Of a stretch of DNA of 64,000 nucleotides, positions 1 through 12,650 are shown piece after piece. This stretch comes from the human T2T-CHM13v2.0 reference genome, Homo sapiens. The stretch lies in the NCBI RefSeq assembly GCF_009914755.1, contig NC_060941.1; one strand, written 5' to 3'. The notes beneath the pieces were generated by a model. The model saw only the letters and a program-made list of their open reading frames with translations. It did not search any database and had not been told where the DNA came from. The position numbers and the translations under genes were made by a program. Each line of letters starts with the position of its first letter. Position 1 is the first letter of the stretch.

Positions 1-1461
1 AAATTTCCTGCACTTCACAGATACAAATCTCTAGTCTCTTCCTGAAGATTCTGATTCTGCGAGCCTTCACCTAGAATAACATGGTGACCAAAAAGTGTGA
101 GGAATTCAGCCCCAAGTAAACTGTGAGCCCTAAGATGACAGGAACCAAGTCCCTGTTTTATGTGTCAGGGACTTCACATATCCAGCAAAAATAGTAGATT
201 TGAAAGTGGAGGGTACCCAACCAGCCTTTTCTGGAGCAACATCCTGTCTTAGAATTCCCATTAAGTGAGATCTCTCAGACGCTTTTCTTTCTTCTTGCAG
301 GGCAGCAGAGGATGAAACCCCAAGCAGTCAGGTGCTGGGGACGTCATTCATCCTGATGATCCTGATGGGGTTAATTCTTACTAGTCATGTCTCCCTCACT
401 CTGATCAAGCCACCCTAGGACTCCTTCTCTTCTATTGCTTTGGAAGGAGGACTGTTCTTTCTGGCTCCAGGAGTCCACCTCCCAATCTCCCAGCATGTCC
501 CCCGGAGCTGAGTCTGACAGATCCAGGCTCTTCTGCTTTTTCTTTGGGGCTTTCTCTCCACTTGTTTCTCTTATACGTTCTAGCTCAAACCTATGCCCAA
601 CACAGAGTAGGCACTCACTAAGAATGGGTGCTGGATTGTTCATCATCAGGGCCAGGTTGCCTTTGCTGCCCTCATCAGGCCCTTATACAGCCAGGGCATT
701 GGTGGTACTCTGGGCAGGCTATGAGACCCTGCTTGCCTAGCGTCTGAGAGATGGAAAGTCCGCCAACCAGACCTGGGCTGCCCACCCCTTCTCCTCCCCT
801 CCCCAGAAAACCCCAGATTCCCCACTGTAAACAGTTCTGTGACTGTGTCTCCTGGAAAGGCCAGATCTGATGTCCATGCAGGAAGCTTTGTAAGAATTCC
901 TCATGGTCGAATGCATCTGTTCCCTAATCAAAACACAGGCAGATTCCTCATGCTGGGCCTTAATTTGCTGAACTTGCACATAATTGAGACAGATTATCTC
1001 TATTTTCCAGCTAGTCATTTTATATTTCGGGGGTGATGCTGGGCTGGCTCAGGATGTTTCTGGTCGGAGCCCCCATCTGCTACCTGTGCAGGAGGGCTGG
1101 GCGCCCTGTGTGCCTACTTCCTTCTATGATCTAACAATAGAGAATGCATGTGGATGCCTGGTGCAGGAAGGAAGGAGAAATACTGTTCTTCTTCAGATGT
1201 GTGTGCCAGGGAGGAGGAGATGGACAGTAGGGTGCACTGTCCAGTGGGCAGATCTAAGGAAAGAGAATTTCTTACCTGAGTCTTCAAGGAAAGCCAGAAT
1301 CAGGGCCCTAAACCCATTCAAAGACCAAGCAACAGCTAAAGGCTTTATGTTCCACACTGGACTCTCAGAAGTAGCTGAAACCAAGTGACTCTTACCAGAA
1401 ACCAACTCTGGAGTAGTTGCCTTGCTCGAAGCCTAATCAACTCTGGGCTGAGAAGAAAGGA

Positions 1462-1511
1462 ACACACGTGGTTCCTTTCCCTTCCACATGAGGATTAAAT
1501 GAGATACATCA
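1462..1511 (+). repeat. Perfect 50-bp dispersed duplicate (copy) of 3793-3842
   Basis: ACACACGTGGTTCCTTTCCCTTCCACATGAGGATTAAATGAGATACATCA is present identically at 1462-1511 and 3793-3842. Confidence 0.97.
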
Positions 1512-1785
1512 GGGTGGCAGAGGAGAGTGCTCCAGTGGGTGAAAAATGACCAGGAGTGGGGTGTTGTGTGTCCCACTTTATGGAAATCATACTTGGAAAA
1601 ACTGAATCAAAAACAACAAACTCTGACAAAGAGGGTCATCGTGAACAATGGGAATATCAGGAATATCCCTTTAAAGAGAACCCCCTGACACATGCATGGT
1701 ATCTGTGGGCTTACCAGAGTTGCATTTACACACTCATTTTAGGGACATGTGCCTAAAATGAAGTACATCTGTTAATCAGGGTACA

Positions 1786-1968
1786 GAGAGGCTGTGTGGT
1801 GAGGGGGAAAGAACTGGATAGGGGGTCATGGAGCCTGGTTCTGCCACTTTCTCACTGAGAGACCTGGAGCAAATCACTGTCCCAATCCAGGCCTCTGACT
1901 CCCATTGGACAGAGGGTAGGACTGGATTAGATGATCTTTAAGGCCACTTTCGCTTTGACATTTTCTGT
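1786..1968 (+). mobile_element. MIR3-type SINE fragment
   Basis: tRNA-derived head and core, ending GGATTAGATGATCTTTAAGGCCACTTTC...TGACATTTTCTG (MIR3/L3 tail). Confidence 0.6.
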
Positions 1969-2189
1969 AGGAAGAGGAGGAAGAAGACGGAACTTCATGG
2001 AGGCCCTACTGTATTGCAGATGCTCATTTGACCCAATGCCTTGGTAACCCCAAGAAGAAGTCATGCTCAAACAATTAAGCAATGCATCCAAGGTGAGAAG
2101 GTGTCAGGGCCAGTAAGTGTCATTACCACGCCCTCGTAGGAGGTGGCAGGGAGGATTCAAACCTGGGCCTGGCTGACCCGTGTATGTGG

Positions 2190-2192
<3 letters not shown>

Positions 2193-2234
<42 letters not shown>
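2193..2234. repeat. (GT)21 microsatellite
   Basis: Uninterrupted GT dinucleotide run, 42 bp. Confidence 0.98.
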
Positions 2235-2236
<2 letters not shown>

Positions 2237-3247
2237 TTTCCAGCTGTGATCCTATAGGACAGGTGAGGCAGGGAGCCAGTGGACTTGCAGTACTGCTTCT
2301 GTTTTAAATTGAGACAAAGCTTGGGGCCATCACATGGGCTTCCTGTGGGGAAAAAGGGAGGCCAATCCATTTAATTAACACCCCACCAGACCCCTGGAAC
2401 TCTCCCTCCAGCCAGAGCACCAACAACCCTGATAGCAACTGGGCTGCCCCACCACAAACCTTTAAGCAATTCATTTTCTACACTTATAATAAATAAGTCA
2501 ATGAAAAAAATTTTCGACATAATTTCCCCAGAGAATGGAAGAAAGAAGCAGCATGAATTGGAAGCTCCTATTATCTTCTGTTGTCTTGTCTCTGATGACA
2601 GATAATGGCGGCTGGTGAAGGGGATTGGTTGGCAGGGAGAACAATGCTTGGGTAAAGGTGGCCTTTAGAATATATCATCCCGCATCCAACTCAAAAAGGG
2701 AAGAAAAAAGCAAAAGACAAGGCAAGGCTAGCCGTGCTGCTCTGTTCAGGCCTCCCTTCCATCTACATCTAGCCAAGTTGCAGCCCCTCTTACTATTAGA
2801 AACCATTGCATGAATCACCCTATTTGCTGCTGCTTTTCCCCTGTGCCTTCAGAGAGCTGATTAATTGGTCCAATACCAGCAACTCGTCACGAAGGTCTTA
2901 ATTAAGAAAGAAATAGCCACCTTGTGAATTCCCTGGGCATCAATAGCCCTGGGGATGTCTCTTCTGCCTTTCTGCCTGCTGCTCAGGGAATGGTGAGGAA
3001 AAGAGGACAGAGGCAGGCTCCGATTCAATGGGATTACAATATTGGAGGGAGTAAGAGAGCCAAGTGGCCAGGAAACTCCAGGACAGTTCAGGAGGAAAGA
3101 ATAATAGAGAGTTTGGCCAAATGAGTCAGCTTCCAAGGCTGAATCCAACTGGCTGGGGGCTCCCACAAGGGGAGTGAACTTTGGGGACATCTTGGGTTTG
3201 GACTAAATTTTTAAGACTAGCTTTAAAAAGGACAGTTAAAAGTATAG

Positions 3248-3419
3248 CAATTATTTTCAACCCTGACTGCCCTGTAGGGGAGCTTTTAAAATACAGTGAT
3301 GCCCGAGCCCCACTTCACTCCAGTCCAATCAGAATCTCCAGGGGGTAGGAACCAAACACTGATGTATTTTAAGAGCTCCCTGGCTGATTCTGTGGTACAC
3401 CTGGGGCTGAGAACCACCA
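3248..3419. mobile_element. MER5-family hAT-Charlie DNA transposon (MER5A/B-like)
   Basis: Decayed termini TTTTCAACCCT...GGGGCTGAGAACCAC; internal GGGGAGCTTTTAAAA and AATCAGAATCTC motifs. Confidence 0.75.
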
Positions 3420-3433
3420 AGGATGGTACAGAG

Positions 3434-3597
3434 CGCGTTTCTTCATGTGTGCTCCCTGGGCCAGCGGCATCAGCATCAACATCACCTGGGAGCTTGTCAG
3501 AACTGCAGAATCTCAGACACCACCCCAGAACTACTCAAGTAGAATCTGCAAGACCCCTAGCTCATTCTCATTCACTTCCAAGTTTGAGAAGCAATAG
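3434..3597. mobile_element. MER5A/MER5A1-like hAT-Charlie element
   Basis: CAGCATCAACATCACCTGGGAGCTTGTCAGAACTGCAGAATCTC...AAGTTTGAGAAGCA. Confidence 0.75.
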
Positions 3598-3640
3598 TTT
3601 AGACAACAGATTGTTTGGGGTTTTATTTGGACTCCAGCAT

Positions 3641-3905
3641 TGAGGCACATTACTCAACTTCCCTGAAACTCAGTTTCACTGTATGTAAAATGGGACTAAT
3701 GATATGTATATGCCACAGTTATCAAGAGAAGAAGACAGAATCATTTCTGCAAAGCATTTAACACAGTGCTTAGAACAGTCACTTCTCAATAGACACACGT
3801 GGTTCCTTTCCCTTCCACATGAGGATTAAATGAGATACATCATGTAAGGCATTTAATAGAGTGCTTGCTTGTACTGTGTGCTTAATAAATGTGGGCTATT
3901 CTTAT
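3641..3905 (+). mobile_element. Two tandem MIR fragments (~3641-3792 and ~3818-3905)
   Basis: Core CTCAGTTTC..TGTAAAATGGG; second copy TGAGGATTAAATGAGAT...ATGTAAGGCATTT...CTTAATAAATG. Confidence 0.75.
3793..3842 (+). repeat. Donor copy of the 50-bp duplication
   Basis: Identical to 1462-1511; here its 3' half runs on into intact MIR sequence. Confidence 0.95.
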
Positions 3906-4879
3906 TTCCTCAAGCATTCCCTAGGCAGACAGCGGGACTCCTGCCTTTGTGCTCCTCCGGCTCGCTACTCATCCATCTCTTCCAGCCCTTGGAGTATTGA
4001 ATTTCAATAAGCCATTTTTATGTCTCTCAACCCCGCTGGGTCTTATTCAGCTCACTTCCCTTGGCCTAGTACAAAGTAGGTCCAGGAAATACATGAATAA
4101 ATGCGAAGGCCATAAAGTGTTCCTTAGCTGGAGAACAGAGAGGCCGGGGGTCACGTGCCTGGGGCTTCCAAGTCCTTAGATGTCCTGTTTCTTGGCCCTT
4201 GTGTAAGAACGAGGCTCTCTGAAGGAGAAAGGGGCCCCTTCCAGTGTCTGTGAGTAGAAAGCAGGTAGCAAAATATGTCATGGAATATTCTGTGTGTTGG
4301 GTCAATTTCAACCAACACAGAACCTAAATGCTTTGTAGACCTAATTAAACTGGGAGCTTCTAGAAAAATAAAACCGACTTTGAGATTGTCTCTAGACTTC
4401 CTTTATTCCTAGCATGCTTGGGCTGGAAAAAGAAAAAGAGAGAGAGGTCAGTCCCCTTTGTCTGTTATGCCCCATGGCAAGCAAGGGGAAGTCTTGGCAG
4501 ATGGCAGCAAGGCCTTCCTAATTCATGGGTCACCCTGGAGCTGCCCACAGACACTGCCAGACCTTTTAATGAAACCACTTAATTGGCATGAACATAGGCG
4601 AGTGTACAGGTCACCTTTGCTCAGGTCAGGGGCTCAGATGGGAGCATGAGGCCTTTTGGGCCTGCACTAAGCCCTTTTTTCAAGAAGACTGTGTTGCTGC
4701 CAGGCTCAAGAGAGAGGTGGTTGGAACCTAAAATACTGATAAACAGCTCATAGTCCTGCCTAGGGAGACAGAGGTAGGCCAGCTTTGCCAGGTCATGCAG
4801 GACCAACCTCACAGGTACCAAGGGGTTGGAGACTGCCTCTCATAGCTTTGATAAAAGTCAATCATTTCTATTAGTTTAT

Positions 4880-5190
4880 GCATTCACTCATTTAACAAAA
4901 GGTTTTCGAGTTCCTGCTCTGTGTTAGGTATATAAAGTGCTTTTCTGTACATTGTTCCATTTGATTTCATTTAATTAGACAAGAACTTGCTGAGTTAGCT
5001 ACTATCTTCCCATTTTACCAGTAGATAAGCAGAGCCTTAAATAAGTTAAAGAAAAAAATATTTAACTTAAAAATTTTTATTTATTAAAAATTAATTACTA
5101 ATTTTTAACTTAATTTATTAATTATTGACTAACTTAGCTCAAAATCACACAGCTTGACAAGGTTTGAACCCTAGACTCTGTGATTCAGGC
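4880..5190 (-). mobile_element. L2 tail/MIR, interrupted by an ~80-bp AT-rich insert
   Basis: CCCATTTTACC...AAGTTAAA[insert]TAACTTAGCTCAAAATCACACAGCT...GGTTTGAACCC. Confidence 0.65.
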
Positions 5191-6279
5191 CTCGATCAGT
5201 AGAAAGAGTTCACAGGCATGGCCTCCTGGACCTTTAAGGCAAACGTTCCAGAAAGGCTTAGGACAAGATCATAGAACTCCTGGCAGAACCAGGTGCCACC
5301 AAGAAGGAGTGTGCTTTGTTTCTGTAGTCTTGGGGTACATAAAGCTGGGCAGGGGGCAGGGGGCAGTGGGTGGGGGTTACACCAAATCTGAGCTGCCTTT
5401 ATCTGTACCGACCTGACATCTTGAGCAGACCAAGCCCCAGGCAGTAAAAGTGCTGGAAAGTCAAGACACGTGGGCCTCAGTCCTCTCTGCTTCTTGAGAG
5501 GCGTTCGACCTTGCAGAGGCCCTTGCTCTTGCCATCTGGGGGTTTAGGGCCAGATGGCTGCCCAGGTCTCTTAGAATTAGGTTGGCCTGATTCCTTGAGC
5601 TGTGGGGTTGGTGTTCCTGGAGTCACTGCTAAAAATTCTGCAAATTGCAGGGAAGCCAATGTTTAAAGACTTCTCCATCGCACTTGTGGTTGCATACATC
5701 CACACACCTCCCAGTGGGTCACGACTTCCTAGGGCTTATCCCACTGCCAAGGAGAGAGGCCCTTCTTTCCTCCATCCTCTACGTCCCCAACTCCCAGCTT
5801 CTTTTTCTATCACCTGGGGGGTGCCCATAATCTGTCTCAAGTTTGTGATGGTGAGGTGCTCGAGGTTGGGAAGCGTTTCCCTGACTGTCTCGTGAGCAGG
5901 AATGATCACACTGTGTTCCCAGCCCTTTGTTCTCCCCTTAGCCTCCCACTCGGTTTTCCAGGTGAGGTCAAGGGCCACATGGAAAGGGAAAAGGTATTAT
6001 AATGGAAGGGATGCCCAAGAGGAGTGTGTATGGGAAGGGTTGAGCGATCATACTGGACACTTTCAGGTCTTTTTTATTGGCCATCTGTCCTCCACTTTCT
6101 TCTTGCTTCCAGGGAGGTGGGTCTGTGTCTGTGGCTGGATGCAGTGAGAGGAGCCAGAACCAACACCCAGTCTGTTCTTCAGCCAGAGGGGTGAGGCTGA
6201 GTCCACTAAGCTGGCACCTCCACGGTTTGCCCTCGGCAAGCGCCTGATGCCTAACCAACCTCACCCATGAAGTCAAGGG

Positions 6280-6445
6280 TCATTCATCAAACCCATTTTC
6301 CTAAGCATCTCCTACATATCAGGCACTGTGCCAGGCTGTGGGAATGCATGATCCACATGGTCCCTGCTCACAGAATTTACAATCTTGTGCTAGAAACTAT
6401 TAAACTAATAATGACACAAATAATTATAAAATAAAATTGCAGGAA
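6280..6445 (-). mobile_element. L2 3' end fragment
   Basis: CATTCATCAAA...AGCATCTCCTAC...CAGGCACTGTGC...GTCCCTGCTC. Confidence 0.6.
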
Positions 6446-6879
6446 GTCTGCATGTGTCAGCTCCTGACCTTCCTTCTACTTCCAGGACTGGGTTTGATTA
6501 AAAGTGAGGCTACTATGATGGGCCACTAGAAGATCTGGGAGGTGAAATCCAGTCCCAAATCTCCTCTCACCCACTGACTCTTGGGACAGCAGAGCAAGTG
6601 AATAGGAAAGAAAAAGAAAGAAGATGCTGTAAAAAGGTGGCTTGGAGCTGGCAGGTGCTAGTGCAATGGATGGGGGAAACCATATAATCTGTCATTTCCA
6701 TCTCTTCCACGTCACTGACATTGGTCCTCTTGACCCTGTCTCAGCTCAGACCTGCATCATCTTTTCACGAGATGATTGTGGCAGCCTTCTGCCGCCAGTC
6801 TTGCCTCTCACCCAGCCCAAGATAGCCTCGATAGAATCGATACAAGTCTGCAGAGAACCTCTCCTCTTTCTGCCTAGAG

Positions 6880-7044
6880 CAGTATTTCTCAGCCTTGGGA
6901 CTGGTGGCAATTTGGGGCTAGATAACTCTTTGTTGGCTGGGGCTCTCCTGTGCATTGTAGGATGTTTAACAACATCCTTATTAGTAGTGACAACCAAAAA
7001 TACGTCCAAAGATTGCCATATGCCATATGATTTGGGAACCACTG
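6880..7044. mobile_element. MER20 (hAT-Charlie), internally deleted
   Basis: CAGTATTTCTCAGCC...GATAACTCTTTGTTG...TGTAGGATGTTTAACAACATCC...GTGACAACCAAAAA...GAACCACTG. Confidence 0.8.
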
Positions 7045-7114
7045 GCTCAGAGATATTATGCCCTTGAACTTGATATTCAAAGCTCTCCATGATCTGATTC
7101 TAAGCTGTATTTCA

Positions 7115-7399
7115 GGCCAAGCGCAGTGGCTCATGCCTTAATCCCAGCACTTTGGGAGGCTGAGGCAGGCAGATTGCCTGAGGTCAGGAGTTCAAGACCA
7201 GCCTGGCCAACATGGTGAAACCCCATCTCTACTAAAAATACAAAAATTAGCCTGGTGTGGTGCCACATGCCTGTAATCCCAGCTACTAGGGAGGCTGAGG
7301 CAGGAGAATCGCTTGAACTCAGGAGGCAGAGGTGGCAGTGAGCCAAAAAGAGTAAAGAAAGAAAGAGCGAAAGAAAGAAAGAAAGAAAGAAAGAAAAAA
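7115..7399 (+). mobile_element. AluS lacking the last ~50 nt of the right arm, with (GAAA)n tail
   Basis: Alu dimer to GCAGTGAGCC (7344), then a GAAA-rich tail; degenerate 14-bp TSD TAAGCTGTATTTCA (7101-7114) / TAAGCTTTGTTTCA (7400-7413). Confidence 0.93.
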
Positions 7400-8579
7400 T
7401 AAGCTTTGTTTCAGTATGCTCTTCCTCTGTCCTGTCTCTCACATTCTATTATGTAGCCATAATCAAGTACATGAAATTTTCTTAAAGTGCCCTACCTTTT
7501 TCTTCTTGCCTTTGGCCATCCTGTTCTCTTGACTTACAGGGCCATGACATCTTCTCTATCTATTAAAAGAAATCTACTTGTGTCACAAGATTCAAATAAA
7601 AGGCCTTGTCTGAGAAGCTTTTCCAGATTTCTGGCATTTAGTTATCTTACCTGTCAAATAAGGATAAAAAGTCTGCCCCATGGATTGCCTGGAATCAAAA
7701 TTTCAGAGTTGTAGGAGACCTGGGGAATCACCAATGTCTTCTTTCAGGGAGATAGACAGAAATGCAAAGAAGTGGATTGTCTTGCGGAAGTCATAGCCGG
7801 ATGGAAGATAAGCTGCACCTAGAACTTGGTGTTCTAAATTCCGAGATCAATATTCTAAACCCACTTGTCAGCTTTTGCAAGATGAAGACACTATCTAATC
7901 AACAGGAAAGTTAACTTTGTGGCCACAAGGTCACAAAAGCTCTCTGCACCTCAATGTTTCTCTGTAAGGTGAAGGGCTAAACCAGCTGTTCCCCAAAAAT
8001 CATTCCAGGATGCTTTGTGCTACTATGCTTCTAATTTTCTTTTGAGAAGATTGTCATTTAATCATAAGCTATTCTTACGGGGAGGTATTCATAATACTTC
8101 CCAGTCCATCTCATTGTGGGGGCTGGAAATTTCTGCCCTTGCTACGATGCTGTCAAAATTGAACCCCAGAGCTCAGCTCCCAAGAAGGTTAACATAATGG
8201 TTTTGCTACTCATCGTAACAACACCTCACATCATGCCTTCAGATCACTCCCCAGCATCATTCTTCAAATTCAAACGCGAACCAGAAGTGACAAATGATTC
8301 TTGTAATGCGCTCTTTGACACAAATCATTTCTGATTGCTCGGGACCCCAGACAACCTTGAGCATGCAGAATCAAGCTGAGAGGGAGAAGTCTTAGAAAAT
8401 GAACAGCTTCAACTTCTTGCCGATGAGAACCCTCTCTCTGCTCACGAGGCAGGAGCAGTATGTGCTGATTGCCAAACAGATCATTTTTAAAATGATGCAG
8501 ATCTGTGGGGGATTGGTCCGTGTGGTGATGTGTCTCATCTTACAATGTCCTATGCAGCCTTCAAAGCGTTTTTAGATCC

Positions 8580-9170
8580 TGGCAAGGAAACAGACATTCA
8601 TGTGCGTAGGGTTTGCAAGGCCTCTGCATATGATGTTGCTCTTCATCCTCCCAGCAAGCTTGGGTATGTATTGTTATCCATCACCCCATAAAGGAGGAAA
8701 GGGAGCCTCAAAGAATTCCTAGAACATTGCCAAATGACCTAACGTGTTGCTGTTAGATCTTAGACTACAATTCAGGTCCTGTGGCTCCAAAGCCAGTGCT
8801 CTATACCGAGGGGCACCTCTAAGCTATAAATCCCTTTCAAAGTGCTCTTACTATTTGGCCTCATTCTCTGTGTATGAATGCTTAGAATTGAGAGAAGAAG
8901 TGCACATTGATGTGAGGGGGGCTTATCTGGAAAATCAGGAGGTTGGAATGGATCACAAATAATACTCCTGGTTCAAATGCATTGGCAGACCAGTCTAAGT
9001 GCCTTATGAGTATCATTTCCTTTGCTTTCCTTAGCAGCGCAGAAATCCTGTGGGGTAAGTATTAGGATTGTTCCCATTTTTCAGAGATGGAACTGAGACT
9101 CACAGTAGTTAAGCAACTTGCTCAAGGCAGAGCTGGGGTGGGGCCAGAGGCAGAGATGAATGGCCATCCA
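8580..9170 (-). mobile_element. Two MIR fragments (~8580-8810 and ~8975-9170)
   Basis: CCCATTTTTCAGAGATGGAACTGAGACTCA..GTTAAGCAACTTGCTCAAGG and a similar upstream copy. Confidence 0.7.
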
Positions 9171-9204
9171 TCAAGGATTCCTGCTCCCTTGCAAAGACTG
9201 AATC

Positions 9205-10023
<819 letters not shown>

Positions 10024-10376
10024 GAAGAGTCTTGTTTCCGAGGTGCATTCTCTTCACTGCTGCACCACAAAGTGGCCTCGGGATTGTTTAGATTTATGGA
10101 GATAGTAGAAAATGTTCTCCTTATTCCCTAGCCCAAGAGCAAAAGTGTGTTGGTATTTTTTTCCACCTGTGAAGGCTGGGGAGTATACGGGAGTGACGTT
10201 CATGTGCTTCTGAGCCGCTTCCAAAATTGACCACCACTCCCTTCAGTCTTCTCATCTCAGTAAATGGCACTAGCATATACTCAATGGCTTGGCAGTCATT
10301 TTGGATTTCTGTCTTTCCTTTGCCCCCACATCCTAACTTTCAACAAGTCCTGTAGACTCTACCTCAAAAATAAATT

Positions 10377-10584
10377 CAGTGGGTGCTGGAACTGGCTCAA
10401 GCCAACTTGTGAGAGCCGACTGTCAAATTGTTAGAAATATTGGAAGACAGTTGATGTCATATTGAAAGTTTTAGGCGGCCCATGGTGGAGGTATTTGCAC
10501 TATGGAAATTGACAAATGCTACAAAATAAGGTCACCCTGCTCCCAACAGAGCAGATTGTTAAATGCCTACCGACACATCCACTG
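10377..10584. mobile_element. MER63A-like hAT-Blackjack DNA transposon
   Basis: Termini CAGTGGGTGCTGG ... CCGACACATCCACTG; internal GAGAGCCGA and GGAAATTGACAAATGCTACAAA. Confidence 0.75.
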
Positions 10585-10728
10585 AATATTTTCCAAGTTT
10601 CACCTTTTCTTACCACTTGCACTGCTACCACCCAAGTCATAGCCACTAGCATCTCACCTTATCTTGCATATATGACTGTAGTAGGCTCCTAACTGGTCTT
10701 CCTGTAATTTTCTGCTCTTTCCCAGTTA

Positions 10729-11072
<344 letters not shown>

Positions 11073-11989
11073 AAAAATGTAAGTGACACCACATCACTTC
11101 CCTGCCCAAACCTCTCTGGGCCTTCCCATTGCCCTTAGAGTAAAATTAAAATTTCTTTTTGTAGTTTACAGAACTTTACACATCTGGCATCTGCCCACCT
11201 TTCTGACTCAGCCTCTGCCACTCCTCTCTCACTCATCGGTCTGCAGCTGGGGTGGTGGTGTATCTGTTCCACCAACATAGCTTGTTCTGGTGTCAGGGTC
11301 TCTGTGTTTGCTGATCCCTTTGCCTCAAATGCTCTTCCCCTTGATCTTCATATAATTTGCTGTTTTACATCATATAGGTCTCTGCTAAAATATCACCTCC
11401 TCCTAGAGGCCTTCCTTGAGCTATCTAAAATAGTCACCTCCCGCCCACCCTGCCACAGCACGTGCTTCCTGAAGTTATGTTATGCATGTGTTCACTTGTT
11501 TACAAGTGAAATCTGCTGCTTCTACTGAAATGCACTTTCTGAGGGTGGGAATCTTTCTTTGTTCACTGTATTCTCAGTGCACGAACTGGTGTCTGGCACC
11601 AGAAGATGCTCAATATGCCTACTGCTAAATGGACAAACACATACCTGATCTTCAATATGACATGATTGAATGTAGCCAAGTCAAGTCAGCAGATGCTCAG
11701 ATCATAATGTGGGTGGAGGTTCTGGAAGGCAGGGCCTGCAAGATAGTTGGAAAGTTGGATGGGCTGACTATGTCCAAGGACCACAGGGCAAAGGGGGAAA
11801 CCAAGGGAAGAATGAAAACAGAACAGAAAGTTTGATAGGGTACCTGGAGGGAGAGTGTACGCCGAGCCTCAGGTCAGTATCTGTCAATGAAGCGTCAGAG
11901 TGTGTGTCTAGGAGGGGCAATAGGAACAGGATCTAGATAGATTTAGCCTAAAGCCTCTTTGTTAGGGCACCAGAGAAAGCTAATCCCTA

Positions 11990-12170
11990 TCTATAACTTT
12001 TTCACTACGTGACTTCGGGCAAGTTACTTAACCTCTCTGATTCTCAGTTTTCTCTGTAGAAAAGGGTTAATGATATCCTCCTATGGCTGGTGGGAGCACT
12101 AAAGGAATAGAAGATTAAAAGCCTTGAGTAAAATGCTTGGCATGCAGTAAGTGTTCAATAAATGCTTAGT
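11990..12170 (+). mobile_element. MIR
   Basis: GTGACTTCGGGCAAGTTACTTAACCTCTCTG..CTCAGTTT...TGGCATGCAGTAAGTGTTCAATAAATG. Confidence 0.8.
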
Positions 12171-12489
12171 AACTGCAAATTTCCATACTCTTTTTAACCT
12201 TCCTGCCTGTAAATGATCACTCTTTTTATTGTCTATATCCTTTAGTTGGACCTTAGAGACAGGAGAAGCAGGGTATGGAAGCTAAACAGGACTTAGAGGT
12301 GAAAATGGTGAATGATTAGGTCTCATCGCATGCCCCTGTAGGCAGAGTTGGGATGGCTAATGAGAAGAGGGTAGGAGGTATCAAAGGCTCCATACAGACA
12401 CGGCCAGTGGGAGGACCTTGGGACAGTCCTCATTCCCCATGGCATCCACAATGGGATCCCCAATTTGTTCTCTGAAGTGGCATCTTCTA

Positions 12490-12650
12490 CCTGGAGGCCT
12501 TTTTTATTGAGACTTACAGCATGGAGGAGAACACCAAGAAGGACTGAGAGGGATGCAGTGGGGACTTACCAAGGTCACAAGGCCAGTGCTTGGCAAAGCC
12601 GGGATAGAAACCCAGTTCCTCTGACTCAGCCCAGCACTGTCTATTCCACC
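12490..12650 (-). mobile_element. MIR
   Basis: GACTGAGAG...GACTTACCAAGGTCACA...GAAACCCAG. Confidence 0.6.

Noticed and set aside
283-300. Strong-looking splice acceptor TTTTCTTTCTTCTTGCAG
   Set aside because: No matching donor or exon frame could be supported; such sites are common in non-coding DNA
371-1388. Cluster of 90-134 aa ORFs near the window start
   Set aside because: No recognisable domain, overlapping on both strands, and consistent with chance
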